Numbered from the stretch's first letter, positions 13,325 to 26,027 are shown. The stretch is 64,000 nt of DNA from Mobula birostris (GCF_030028105.1 NC_092374.1:40867016-40931015), one strand, 5' to 3'. Made by a program: numbers and translations. Notes: generated by a model from the sequence alone, not told the origin.

Positions 13325-13740
13325 TTCAGTCATGAGGGTTATACACAAGGTGAATCCTTGCAGGATTTTTCCATTCAGATTTTGTGAGACTAGAACTAGA
13401 GGTCATAAATTTGAGGATGAAGGTGAAATATTTCAGAGGAACTGTAGGGGGATCTTCTTTATGTGAAGGTGGTGCAAGTGTGGAACGAGCTGCCAGCGGA
13501 AGTGGTGGATGTGGGTTCAATTATAACATCTCACTGAAGTCTGGATGAGGACTACAGTCCAAGTGCAGCTACATGGGACTGTCTGAGCCAGGGTTCCCAA
13601 CTTGCGGCCCACAGACCCCTTAGCTAATGACAAGGGTCCATAGCATAAAAGTTCAGGAACCCCTGAATTAGGCAGAAAACCAAACCAGCATGGACTAGAT
13701 GGGCCCAAGGACCTGTTTCTGTACTGTTAATACTCTGACT
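13325..13740 (+). mobile_element. CR1 3' fragment containing a ~77-bp hAT mini-element (13589-13665)
   Basis: CR1 C-terminal and 3'UTR motifs (tggaacgagctgccag, ggactagatgggcc); cagggttcccaac...ggaacccctg termini. Confidence 0.6.
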
Positions 13741-14282
13741 CATAAATTAATTAAACATACATTTACCAACAAGATGTAGATTTATCACTCTTTACCCCAA
13801 AGAGACTGTGCAGTTCCTGTAATTTTATTTAAATTTTTAGATTCCTAATGATTATACGTGGCAGTAGTTAGAAGATGCCCCATTTTATGAGAATTCATAT
13901 AGTACATGAACTGTGCAACCAATTCTGTAAAGATATTAATTGCAGATGGCGTACTTGTAATTAAGCCTAATGCAACATTATTGGGCATACAGGCAGAGAC
14001 GTACATTTTCTAAAAATGCTGGTCAGGTAGACATCATCCAGAAGCTTCTGTGAGGAGAGGGGAAAGGGATATAGGAGATAGTGTTCTTCATTAGCACCAA
14101 TATGGATTCAAAACTGAGATCCATAGATTCATGGATATTAGCGATTCAAAGGACAAGGCTTTAGATAGTGTTGAAGTAGAACAGCAGCCTATGATCCTGT
14201 TGAATAGGGACCAGGCTGGTGAGTCTGAATGGTCTACCTTACGCAAAAGAACAAACTGTTGGAGGAACTCAGGAATGGAGCA

Positions 14283-15815
14283 GGTTTATTTATTTACTTA
14301 CTTAGCGATATAGCGCGGGTTTGGCCTTTGAGCAGTGCCACCCCAGCAACCCCAACAACCCCGATTTAATCCTAACTTAATCACAGGACAGTGTACGATA
14401 ACCAGTTAATCTCAAACACAAGAAAATCTGCAGATGCTGGAAATCCATGCAACACACACAAATTTCTGGAGGAGCACAGCAGGCCAGCCAGCATCTATGG
14501 AAAAGAGTACAGTCGATATTTCAGGCTGAGATCCTTCATTAGGACTGGAGAGAAAGATGAGAAGTCAGAGTAAGAAAGTGGGGGGAGGAGAGGACGAAGT
14601 ACAAGGTGGTAGGTGATAGGTGAAACTGGGAGAGAGCAGGGGTGAAGTAAAGAGCTGGGAAGTTGATTGGTGACAATGTTGCAAAAACAAAGAAGCTGGT
14701 TGTGGATTACAGGAGGAATGGTGACAGACTAACCCCTATTGACATCAATGCATCTGGGCTTGAGAGGGCAAACAGCTTCAAGTTCCTTGGCATCCACATC
14801 ACTGAGGACCTCACATGGTCTGTACACACCAGCTGTGTGGTGAAAAAGGCACAACAACGCCTTTCACCTCAGAGGGTTGAGGAAGTTTGGTATGGGCCTC
14901 CAAGTCCGAAGAACTTTCTACAGGGACACAATTGAGAGCATCCTGACTGGGTGCATCACCCAGTCAGGGAACTGATTAAGGGAACTGTACCTCCCTTTAT
15001 CACAGGATTCTGCAGACAGTGGTGCAGACAGCCCAGCACATCTGTAGTTGTGAATTTCCCATGATTCATGACATGTACAGGGACAGGTGTGTAAAAAAGG
15101 ATCATTGGGGACCCAAGCCATCCCAACCACAATCTATTTCAGCTGCTACCATCCGGGAAGCAGTACCGCAGCATAAAAGCCAGGACCAACAGGCTCCGGG
15201 ACAGCTTCTTCCTGACTTGAGTGTACTGTTCTATTTATTATAAATTACTATGATTGCACATTGCACATTTAGATGGAGACATAACGTAAAGATTTTTACT
15301 CCTCACATATGTGAAGGATATAAGAAATAAAGTCAATTCATTTCAATTCAATTCAATTCAGATAAAGGGCTGGAGAAGAGGAAATCTGATAGAAGAGGTA
15401 GAAGACCATGGAAGAAAGGGAAGGGGAAGGAGCACCAGAAGGAGGTGATGGTCAGGTAGGGAGATAAGGTGAGTGAGGGAAACGGGAATAGGGTACCCTA
15501 GGGGGTGGCAATTACTGGAAGTTTGTGAAATCAATGTTCATGCCATCAAGTTGGAGGCCACCCAGATGGAATACAAGGTGTCGCTCCTCTACCCTGCACG
15601 TGACCTCATTGCGGCAGCAGGCAGTCAGAATGGGAATGGGAAGTAGAATTACAGGTGGCCACTGGGAGATCCTGCTTGTCTGGCGTAACTCAGTACATCT
15701 TTAGACTGTGGGGGGAAACCGCAGCACCCAGGGAAAACCCACACATTCCACGGGGAGGACGTACAGTACAGACTCCTTACAGAGGGTGCACTGAGCTATA
15801 AATGCTACACTATGG
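14283..15815 (-). mobile_element. Triple nest: V-SINE (14283-14408 and 15686-15815) containing a Penelope-like 3' fragment (14410-15685), which contains a Rex1/Babar fragment
   Basis: V-SINE core (gtgggttttccctgggtgctgcggtttccccccacagtc on minus). The PLE sequence is split at ...gattggtga / gataaagggctgg..., which is contiguous in the copy near 62870. Confidence 0.75.
14674..15360 (+). mobile_element. Rex1/Babar LINE 3' fragment
   Basis: KTKKLVVDYRR...SFKFLGIHITEDLTWSVHTSCVVKKAQQRL; (TTCAA)n tail. Confidence 0.8.
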
Positions 15816-16623
15816 TGTCCACCCACCGACTTCCTCCAGCAGTTTGGGTTTTTTTCCCACTCCAGATTCCAGCATCTGCAGTCTCTTCCTTGTGTCTCCT
15901 GATCTGCTTCAACCAAACTACAGGACTGGGCAAGAATCCCCAGAATTGATGATTAACCCAGACCACAGAGAAAATTCAGTTGGATTCAAAAATTATTTAT
16001 ATTAAGTTCCTATACGTCTTTGAGTATTTTTGTTAGTGATCATAAAACAAATGCTGCGGATGTGAGGAAGAAGTGGTTAAGAATCATTTGATTGAGAAAT
16101 AAGGGAGTTCTTTTTCTATCTGGCTTTCCCTACCAGCAATAAGTACAAGATGCTGGAACTCACGCAGTTAATAACACTGTTCATTCAGTAGCCATATTGC
16201 ATATCTACAACAGAGCAAGTCAATTTAAAAGACTTTTCCCGTGAATAAACAAAATGTTGGCGAAATGCATTCTTAGGAAATCAACCCACACGGACAAAGT
16301 AGAATAACCTGTCGACATCATCGCAATTATCAAAAGCATCATTGCAAAAGGGAGGGTGGAAATTGGTCTTCAAAGGAACTCACAAGGAAGGTAAACGAGA
16401 ACCTTTCAGTTTGCAAAAACCAGTACAAGGAACAGAACGGCAGGTGACGGAGCCTCGTGGATTTTACTGAGCCCAAACTATTGACAAACGAATTGCCGAG
16501 CGTCCCAGGCAACGCCAGCAATAACTTTACGCACCAGCAGTCACGGCCCGAATTGATAAAGCGTGTGTGGGGTAACTAAGGTTTTCCAGAAGCTGTTGTT
16601 AAGCAAGTATCGAGTTCACTCAC

Positions 16624-16711
16624 AGTCTCTTCGTGGGACGCTGCCGAAAGCCGGGAGTACCCGCGCTCCATTCCTGATCGAATAGGGCACAATCTTTAAC
16701 AACCCGGCCAT
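16624..16711 (-). CDS. IDH2: IDH2-like coding exon 1 (mitochondrial targeting peptide)
   Basis: ATG at 16711; MAGLLKIVPYSIRNGARVLPAFGSVPRRD + T|gtgagt (88 nt, phase 1). Joins exon 2 to give RRDY-A, like human MAGYLRVV...PRRHY-A. CpG-rich context. Confidence 0.88.
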
Positions 16712-16965
16712 CGCTTCGGATGTGTGTGTGGAGCAGAAAGAACTCCACACGCACACTACGTGGAGCGGGCCAGTGACGTACTCCCGTTGGATTTCGGAGA
16801 AGTCCCTGGGTGTGAGTTTGCTGAGAGAAATTCTGGCTCAGACTCTGCGCTACCTTTCAAATCTGATTGGTTAGAAGAGATGTACTTTGCATATCCTTAT
16901 CATTCAGGTCCTGTAGAAGTCGCTTTCCGAATTCTACCCCTAGACACAGCACTTTCAAGGTCAAG
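16712..16965 (-). promoter_or_regulatory. Putative IDH2-like promoter / 5'UTR
   Basis: CpG-enriched. TACGTG (HRE-like, 16757-16762), TGACGT (CRE-like, 16774-16779), CCAAT on minus (16866-16870), TCAAGGTCA (ERR consensus, 16955-16963). Motif matches only. Confidence 0.55.
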
Positions 16966-17066
16966 ATGTTGGAAATCACAGGCAGATCGAACCAAGAGTT
17001 GGCTGCTATAGTGTATTTTCCCTTATGTGCTTTAGCTAATGGGCATGTACAGAATATACCTTATCA

Positions 17067-17068
<2 letters not shown>

Positions 17069-17109
<41 letters not shown>

Positions 17110-17126
17110 CATACACACACACACAC
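17069..17126. repeat. Compound (AT)n(TACA)n(CA)n microsatellite
   Basis: Seen directly, about 360 bp upstream of the IDH2-like ATG. Confidence 0.95.
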
Positions 17127-17579
17127 TTCCCCACTGCAATACTTGCCTTAGCATAATGGTAGATTCTTCAGATGGTGGGGCATCAGGTACCCAAAGATGA
17201 CCATGGAGGAACCTTGGGTATTGGGCCACAGCTTTCCCAAAGTTGACATACCATTCAAATGTTGAGTCAACACAGCTGAGAAATGATAGGCACATAACCA
17301 TGTTTCTTTCTTCTCAAGTCTTGCCTCAATGGCTGAGTATCCCCAGCATTTTCCATGTTTCCTTCTTAATATCCTATTATTGAGCCAAATAGCCACATGA
17401 GCACCATTCCAGCCTCAAACTTTAAGAGCAATTAAATATTACAAAAGTGTCATAAATGTGCATTCTACTTTTATTTTAGCAAAGATATTAGGAATTTTCA
17501 GCAAGGTTATGCAGAGATTTAAAAGAACTGAAACTTTGGCACCTAGTGTCACTTTACACACATACCATCAGTCTATCTA

Positions 17580-18112
17580 CACCCAGTGGTCACTTTATTC
17601 AGTACAGGATAGGAACCTGGTATGGTCTTCTTCTGCTGTAGTCCATCCACTTCAAGATTCAACATGTTGAACACTCAGAGATGCTTTTCTACACACCATT
17701 GTTGTAATACATGGTTATTTGAGTTACTCTGGCCTCCCTGTCAGCTCAAACCAGTCTGATCATTTTCCTCTGACCCCTCTCATTAATAAGGCAATTTCAC
17801 CCACTGATGCCACTCATTTTTTTTTATTTTCTCTCTTTTTTGACTGTTCTCTGTCAATTCTAGAGACTGTTGTGCATGAAAATCCCAGAATAGCAGCAGT
17901 TTCTGAGATACTCAAACAACCCTGTCTGGCACCAACAATCCATGGTCAATATCACTTAGATCATATTTCTTCCCTATTCTGATGTTTGGTCTAAACGACA
18001 ACCGAACCCCTTGACCATGTCTACATGCTTTTATGTACTAAGTTGCTGCCACATGATTGTCTGATTTGCATTAACAAGGTGAATAAGTGTACCTAATAGT
18101 GGCCACTGAATG
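17580..18112. mobile_element. Non-autonomous Tc1-like element
   Basis: ta|CACCCAGTGGTCACTTTATT...TAATAGTGGCCACTGAATG|ta. Same family at 38662-40423 and at the window start (1-77). Confidence 0.8.
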
Positions 18113-19564
18113 TATATAAACTAACCTTATATACAGCCACACTCAACAGTTACTTGTACATTGTATTTTATAAGATTGCTTTTATATTTATATTTTTTGT
18201 TTTTATGCTTATTGTGTTATTCATGCTGCATCTGATCTGGGGTAACAATCATTTTGTTTTTCTTCATACTTGTGTACTGAAGAATGACAATAAACAAGCT
18301 TGGAACCTGGAATATTCACCCTGAGGTACCTGCCTTGCATTTGTGTAAACACATTATAAATTCCACCCAACTACACAGGCACGAGAATTCCCAGTATCAA
18401 AAAGGAAGAAAATAATGTTAGGCTAACTGTATTTCGAGCTCCCCACTTGGTCTCCTTTACTCATTAATTTACTTAACTTCAGTTAACCTCTTCCACAAAA
18501 ACATTAACTCCCATTTTAAACAACCGCCCTCTTTAATATACATATGGGTACAATATTAGATGAATAATTCAATTCCAAATCCTTAATGTAGCCTCTGGAT
18601 AGTATAAATGTAAATTCAGTACATCTAGATTTTTACTTTTAAACTGTATGTCTATGGGGAAAATCACTAATCCCTCTTATGGAACAAAATCTGTTGTTTT
18701 TATCTTAAGCCTTAAACTGTAACGAAAACCAATTTCCCCCGGGATCAATAAAGTATGACTATGACTTATCTTCACTTGGCTCCAAAGTGACTTTAGTACT
18801 GATTCAGAATTGCCACCTATATTGATCTCAAAGTTCAAAGTTTTGTTTCGTGGCTGCCTGGAAGGAGACAAATCTCAAGGTTGTATAAATTATACATACT
18901 TTGATAATAAATTAACTTTGATCTAACAAGCCATTCTCTGAAGCTAACCATTCCAACTAAATATTTCAAAAACTAATGGACTCCCCAAACTTGACCAGTA
19001 CATCAGATTTGTACTGAATGAAAACTTCGTCAAAATGGAAGTCCTCAAGAGTCATTGTAATACTGGTTGAACTTTTCCACTAACTACTCAAGCACCAGAC
19101 TGAGATTCACACTTTCAGCCAGTTCCAGACATCTTCATTGCCTTTATCACCAAGAGAAGAGACAAATTAAACATCAGAAAGGAGGGCCCCTGCTGCCTTC
19201 AACTTCAGTTCTGTTTCAGAGGTTGCTCTTTGTAGAATGTTGAATTATATCTTTAATAGTATATGTCCCATGTACAATGATAGCTGATGTATCAAATCAG
19301 TTATTGTTGTTAGATAAAAATCTATAAATTGTAGAAATGGGAATTTGAAATAAAGCAGAAAATGCTGACAGCACTCAACAATTGTTCTCACCATCCCTCT
19401 GCTCTAACCCTAAATGCAGCTTAAAACATGCCTAACTCTTTTCAGAGATGCTGCCTGTTCTATTTCCAAGTAGGTCTGCTTTTATTCTGTATCTGCATTC
19501 TCTTTCCCAGAACTTTTAAGAACTCCCACAAGCTGACCTCCACATCTCATTCCTTCTTTGCCTT

Positions 19565-19772
19565 AACACACACAAAAATGTTGGAGGAACCCAGCAGGTC
19601 ATGCAGCATCTATGGAGGGAAATAACAGTCAACAGTCCTGATGAAGGGTCTCAGCCCAATATGTACATAGAGGGTCATTTCCCTCCATAGATGCTGCCTG
19701 ACCTGCTGAGTTTCTCTAGCATTTTATGTGTTGCTCCAGGTTTCCAGCATCTGCAGAATCTCTTCTGTCTCA
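19565..19772. mobile_element. Penelope-like terminal fold-back insertion with the 5' half of the hammerhead motif
   Basis: Inverted arms; cagtcCTGATGAagggtctcagccc at 19633-19657; flanking tttgcctt repeats. Confidence 0.7.
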
Positions 19773-20694
19773 CTTTTTGCCTTGGTGCATTTTTAAAATT
19801 ACTTTTGGATATTTGCTCTGAATTGGTTGCATTACCTCTTCAGAATGATTATCATGCTCAAAATCATTTCCATTTGCAGCAAATGTAATTTTAACTTCTC
19901 TTTTGACTGCCTTTTCCTTTAGGGTACTGAATGCAGTGTCATCTCAGTTGAGAAAATAATGAAGGCCAGAATCAAAGAATGGCTTTTGATTAGCAGTTAT
20001 GCACACATAAAATGTTGGAGGAACTCAGCAGGTCAGGCAGCATCTACGAAAAGGAAGAGGGAAGAAGCCAGAACAAAAAGGTCGGGGGGGGGGAATGGAG
20101 CACAAGCTGGTGAGTCTGGATGAGTCTGGGCAGGAGAGATCACAGAGGGGGTAGCAGTGAGAAAGGGTCTCACTGAACTCCTGTTAAAGAGTAGATGTAA
20201 ACTTCAGGGTAGGCACACGTCCGAGAGACTTGGAAAAGGGACAAAGAGCTCCATTGCAAAGGATGATAATAGAGATTATTAGCTGCAGTGTCTGAATTAA
20301 CCTCTACTAATCTTAGCTGGTCTCAGCACATACTGCTGGCTGATTCTACAATTTATTGTCCAGTTACTATGCAATGATAGACAATGAAATAAAAAAATAG
20401 CAGTTTTAAAAAAACTGCTCTCTGATTAGAGCATCTTACAAGCAAAATACCAGCATATTGTCCAAATTATAGAAATTTGTATACCATTGTAACTGTTGTT
20501 TTGGTTGAAAAGAATCAGAAAAATAAGTTTTTTTTACACATGAAAGCAAAGTCTGAATGGTCTTTGTGCACATAGATTTCAAACTTCAGTTTCCTTTTAA
20601 AATGTGCAGGATCTGTTTTATTTCAGTTCCATGCTATGACACCAAGGACACAAAAGATAAAGTATGAGTTCACATACAGAGGATATTGCAATAT

Positions 20695-20700
20695 TTTATT
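20695..20700 (-). terminator. Candidate PTCD2 polyadenylation signal (3'UTR about 1.07 kb)
   Basis: AATAAA on minus, followed by GU/U-rich sequence (tgtatgtg...cttttgtgtcc). The UTR candidate 20680-21748 is AT-rich and free of recognisable repeats. Confidence 0.5.
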
Positions 20701-21748
20701 GCACATTATTTATAAACACTGCAGAAAGTGTTATTGGTAATCTTCATCACATTACCCAACAGAGGATTTCTAATGAATTGAAATGGATTTTGCTAATTTG
20801 GATAAAGGATACAATTGAATGCAAATCGTAGTTTGAAAACAATTACAATGCATTGTCATTTAAAGGAAAACAGGGAAATCTCTAAGCTTATCAATTGTAA
20901 TAAAAATGTTGGATGAGGTAGAAGAGGCTTATTTCTGGTTTATACTTATGCCAACATTTTTGATCACATTTAAGTAAGAATGCTAACAATTCTCACAAAC
21001 TGGTGATAAGGACACATAACAGAAATCTGTCTCCCTTTCTCTCTCCACGGATTACACACAACTTCTGGAAATTTTCCCCAATACTTCACTCTCATGGCCA
21101 TGAAATACCATTTGTTTCAATCAAAGCAGGAAAGTAAAGTGAAACAGTGTTCTAAACCTGTTGAAATACCCCAAAATAGGAAATTATGCTAAAAAAAACA
21201 CTACTTATTTCACTAATTACTGTATAAGTTATTTCTGCAAATAAAGGCGGCTCAGCTCTTTTCTACCTGCAGTAAGAACAACTCTGTCAGCATTGTTATA
21301 ACTTTACAAAATTTGTGACCAATCACCTAGAACTTCATTGTTCTTTTGGGGCAAGGCTATGGCTTCTGTTTTAAATTGAATCACAATAGATAATGAATTA
21401 CCACCTCATTAATAAAATGTGATAAAATATTCTCAATTATTTGCAAGGTCTCTGGATATACAAATAGAAAAGCAATAGGTTTGGTTACTGCTTTTTCCTC
21501 CTACATCTTACTTAAGGTAAAATATAACTATGTGGTTATTCATTTGAAACCTTCTCATAAATGAAGATCAATATTTCCACTTAAGGTAACAATTACAAGA
21601 TCTGTAAAGAAACTAAACTTAATACCTTTCACGTATGCTTTATACTGTTTAGTGTTAATTGAACCAAGTCTTTGAAACAGTTATTTCAGGTGAGCAAATG
21701 GATACCACCAATTTAGAAAGGATGCAGAGATTGCATAGTCCATTCCTG

Positions 21749-21973
21749 TTACTCAGACAGCAATGCTGACCGCAGAGGTTTGAAAGTCCGCCGGCTAATT
21801 TTCCTTTGATCTAGCAAAGGGTTAAGAAGTTTCCTTCCAACTGGTGTTTGGCAGAGTATGTCATCGAGACTTAGAGCTGTGATTTGTCCAGATTGTTGCA
21901 GTAATCCATAGATATCCTCATACTGGCTCTGTAGCTCTGTGCTGCTCTCCATGGCTTCTTGGACTACAGCCAT
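21749..21973 (-). CDS. PTCD2: PTCD2 exon 10 (terminal coding exon, 225 nt incl. stop)
   Basis: tcatcaag|ATGGCTGTA...; MAVVQEAMESSTELQSQYEDIYGLLQQSGQITALSLDDILCQTPVGRKLLNPLLDQRKISRRTFKPLRSALLSE* vs human C-terminus ...SLDAVLCHTP...VSRRTFQPLSQSLLAE. Confidence 0.95.
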   Translation of the reverse strand: MAVVQEAMESSTELQSQYEDIYGLLQQSGQITALSLDDILCQTPVGRKLLNPLLDQRKISRRTFKPLRSALLSE

Positions 21974-22835
21974 CTTGATGAGAAGTAGATTATGGTTATT
22001 GAAAGCCATGACATGCATGCTGACCATAAATATTACTATATTTGTTTTAAAAATGCCTCTCATTTTGCCATATTCAGTGATGAGACTAAATGCAAAGTGT
22101 ACTTAATCATATTCACCAGCAATACTCAATCATTCCCATGGAATAAATATGGTCCAAAGGCTACTCTTGACTTGGCCCACTGTGGTCCACCACAGTCAAG
22201 GATGTAGATATGACAGCAATACATAGATGAGTGTGTCAAGGGAAAGGATCCCCAGGAGAGTTGGTATGTGGATCATGTGAGAGGATGTGGTGGGTGGGGT
22301 GGGGAGTAAGATGGTCAACAATGAGTGCAGTCTAGTGGATGTTGGTGACACTTGCAGGTGGATAGGGGTTGAGAGTCTGGTTGGGTGGGATGTTCAATGG
22401 GTCCTGCAAATGACTAATCAGTAGATATAAATACCCAACAGTCTATCACTACATTTAACATCGATGGACAGGATTTGAGGAAAACAAAATGACCTAAGCT
22501 TCCAGTAGTCTTAAAATTACCAAGGAAATCCATGCAAGTTGACATTAATTGAAGAAAGAATTGTACTCAAGCACAGGAATACTGTACAGTGAAATAACCC
22601 CCTCTCCCAAATATATAGACAAGACTGACCTTTAAAGAAGAAAATTAATCCTCAAGTGCCAAAGTTACCAGTGAGTCAGGTATTTATTGCCCTTCTGCTG
22701 TGGCAGTAGACCACTACACTTTTTGCGAATCTATTCCCCCAATATTCTTAAGTAAAATATTCTAGGATTTTGTCCTAAACAGTATTTAACAATTCAGTAA
22801 GTTAGGATAATACATTTGTCAATTTATTTTCTTAC

Positions 22836-22949
22836 CACTTCTTGTGAAAAAGACACTTTTTTCACAAGTTTCGAGACACTGCTTCCAAGCGCTGCCTCCA
22901 AAGCAGAGATCAAGTTCTGCTGTTCTCCTGACAAAGCCAGTAGATAGAC
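22836..22949 (-). CDS. PTCD2: PTCD2 exon 9 (114 nt)
   Basis: gttcag|GTCTAT...GAAGTG|gtaaga; VYLLALSGEQQNLISALEAALGSSVSKLVKKVSFSQEV. Confidence 0.92.
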
Positions 22950-23194
22950 CTGAACAAATATTGCCGTTACATTTGATATGGTGTTCAGCAAAACATGTTC
23001 ACAATTGAAAGTCCAGTACAACAAATTTTTAAGTCCTCCTCTAAGATCATCCTTTAAATTTCTGAATTCAAAGCACTTAAGGCAGTATGATTCTGGTGAA
23101 CTTATGCAGTGCTATGAATAATGGCTACCAGTGTCATTAGAATAAAAAAATGAAAACTCTTCAGAAGTACTACATTGGCAGTAAACATCATGAT

Positions 23195-23825
23195 GGTATT
23201 GGAGCTCAACACCAGCTCCATAGCAAAGAAAGCCCAGCAGTGTCTCTACTTTCTGCGAAGGCTGAGAAATGTCCATCTCCCACCCCCCCCCCCATCCTCA
23301 CCACATTCTACAGAGGATGTATCAAGAGCATCCTGAGCAGCTGCATCACTGCCTGGTTCGGAAATTGCACCATCCAGGATAGCAAGACCCTGCAGCGGAT
23401 AGCGAGGTCAGCTGAGAAGATCATCGGGGTCTCTCTTCCCATTATTAGAGACATTTACACCACACACTGCATCCATAAAGCAAACAGTATTATGAAGGAC
23501 CCCATGCACCCCTCATACAAACTCTTCTCCCTCCTGCCGTCTGGCAAAAGGCACCGAAGTATTCAGGCTCTCATGACCAGATTATGTAACAGTTTCTTCG
23601 CCCAAGTCATCAGACTCCTCAATACCCGGAGAGCCTGGACTGACACCAACCTACTGTCCTCTACTGTGCATATTGTTTTGTTTATTATTTATTGTAATGC
23701 CTGCACTGTTTTGTGCACTTTATGCAGTCCTGGGTAGGTCTGTAGTCTGTTGTCTCGTTTTTACTGTGTACTATACCAGCAGTTATGGTCGAAATGACAA
23801 TAAGAAGTGACTTGACTTGACTTGA
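23195..23825 (+). mobile_element. Rex1/Babar LINE 3' fragment
   Basis: ILTTFYRGCIKSILSSCITAWFGNCT...LFSLLPSGKRHRSI...RLCNSFF; (GACTT)n tail. Confidence 0.85.
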
Positions 23826-24503
23826 TATGATAATGTCCTGATGTTGTGAAATATGCATTGTAAATGGAAGACTTTTCATCTCTTTATTGGATCATGAACA
23901 CTACAATTAAATGTTTCTGACAGCCCAGTCGAATCAGGAACAAGACAGGATCCCCCCAGGTCCATGAGTAGAAACTACAACAGGAGATAGTAAATGCATG
24001 TCAAAAGGGCATTGTTACAATAGTCATGGGGTGGGGGGGGGGATTTCAATATGCAGGTAGATTGGGAAAATAAGGTTGGTGCTGATTTTGGGCCTCAATT
24101 GAGAGTAGTTTTAGAATGCCTACGAGATAGCTTTTTAGAGCAGCTTGTGGTCGAGTCCTCTAAGGGATCAGCTATTTTGCATAGGGTGTTGTGCAATGAA
24201 CTGGCTTCGATTAGTGAGCTTGAGAATATGGAACCCTTAGGAGTCGGTGGTCATAACATGATAAAATTCTCTGCAATTTGAGAGGGAGAGGCTAAATGTA
24301 TCAGTCTTACAAAGGAGTAAAGTGAGTTACAGAGTTATGAGCGAGGAACAGGCCAAAGTTGACTGGAAAGAGGCACTAGCAGGGATGACAGCAGAACAGA
24401 AATGGCTGGAGTTTCTAGGAGCAATTCGGAAGACATCAGATAGATATATCACAAAGAAGTAGCAGTATTCTAAAGACAGGATGACACAATCATGGCTGAC
24501 AAG

Positions 24504-26027
24504 CAATGTTCCCTCTAATTTTTAGTAGTCAGTGCGCGCAAAAATCTTATGTTATGTAATATTTTTTCCTGTGACAAAAGTATGTGCACACTGAATGCAC
24601 ACATCGCACAGTTTAAGTAGGTTTACAAAATATTTGGCATAAAACTGCACAGGATAACAACAAAATAACATACATATTTAAGTCACTCGGTTATTTTTTT
24701 CTCTCTCCTGTCTTTGGCATTTACCCATTCTTTGTAAACTCTAACTAGACTAATAGAACTTCCATCCAATTGAAAGCTTTTGATTCTCATTAACATATCC
24801 AAATGACATCACCTGAACAGTTTCTCAGCTTGTTTCTGAGTTGATTCATTAGGCTAAAACCTCACTCACAGTCTGCACTAGACGCAAGAAAGGTTCCCCC
24901 AATGTTCATCAACTGTGCAAGGTCACAAAACTCTTCATTTTCAAGTACAAATGCCACCATTTGAGCAAAGTTTGAAATCAGTTTGAATTTAAATTTTTCT
25001 TGCACAGAAAATTTGAAATCATTAAACTATTACAGTATTTTCAGCTAGAAAATCATGATATTTTAGACATAAGGCATTAACTTGTTCATTGCCAAGTGTG
25101 AAATCACAATCTGCAATTGCAGAGAAATCAAAAGCTGACCATTCTTGTACCTCATCTTCAGGAAAACTTTCTTCTAAATGAACACAAAGACTATTTATAA
25201 AAGTCAACAGCAAACTTATATCTACTATGACGTTTTCTTCACATTTTTGGCTTAGCAAAACTTTAACTTTGTCACTCCACGATACATTGTCTCCCAGATA
25301 CTGCTTTCTTATCGTGTTAATTTTGCCTCGCGCAAAATGAAGTGAATCAATAGGTGTCAGACCACTCTTTTGCAGAATCTTGCACAGTGCAGCCAGTTCA
25401 TCAAAGACATCACTTATAACCAGTAAAGCTACTTCATATGTGATGTTTATCAATTTCTTGTGACAGTATTTAGCCACAGGGTCATTTGACTGATCGTTTT
25501 CAATAAAAACTTAGCAAGCTATCTACAAGATTTGAAACAGATCTTTGTAAACTTTACGATATGAACACTGTCCGCCAAAGATGGCTGCCGCCGTGATGCA
25601 GCTGTACAAATCGGAACAGGAAAGGTGAGGTGACGTAAATCAGTAACGTGCATTGTGGTATTTGAAAAACCGACTAACTAGTTAACAGCAAACAACAGGA
25701 ATTCTGCAGATGCTGGAAATTCAAGCAACACACATAAAAGTTGCTGGTGAACGCAGCAGGCCAGGCAGCATCTCTAGGAAGAGGTGCAGTCGACGTTTCA
25801 GGCCGAGACCCCTAGAGGTGCTGCCTGGCCTGCTGCGTTCACCAGCAACTTTTATGTGTGTAACTAGTTAACAGAAACATTTAGCTAAAAGATTATTTTC
25901 AGTAAGTATAATTATTAATTACTACATTATTTTAGGTAACTAATCTTCTGTACGCACATTAATTTCCTTTGTGCGCTGGTTGAAAACGTGTGCACGCGCA
26001 CACATGCACAGCTTTGAGGGAACCTAG
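24504..26027 (-). mobile_element. hAT (Tip100/Zaphod, ZNF862/KIAA1586-like) deleted transposon
   Basis: TIRs CAATGTTCCCTCTAA / TTTGAGGGAACCTAG; exact 8-bp TSD ctgacaag (24496-24503 / 26028-26035). Minus-strand transposase C-terminus 25022-25477 and hATC-like ASSADCE*GFSLMN near 24850-24890. Confidence 0.88.
25689..25860. mobile_element. Young Penelope-like terminal fold-back insertion
   Basis: 14-bp TSD taactagttaacag (25675-25688 / 25861-25874); 49-nt inverted arms 25729-25777 / 25812-25860. Confidence 0.85.
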
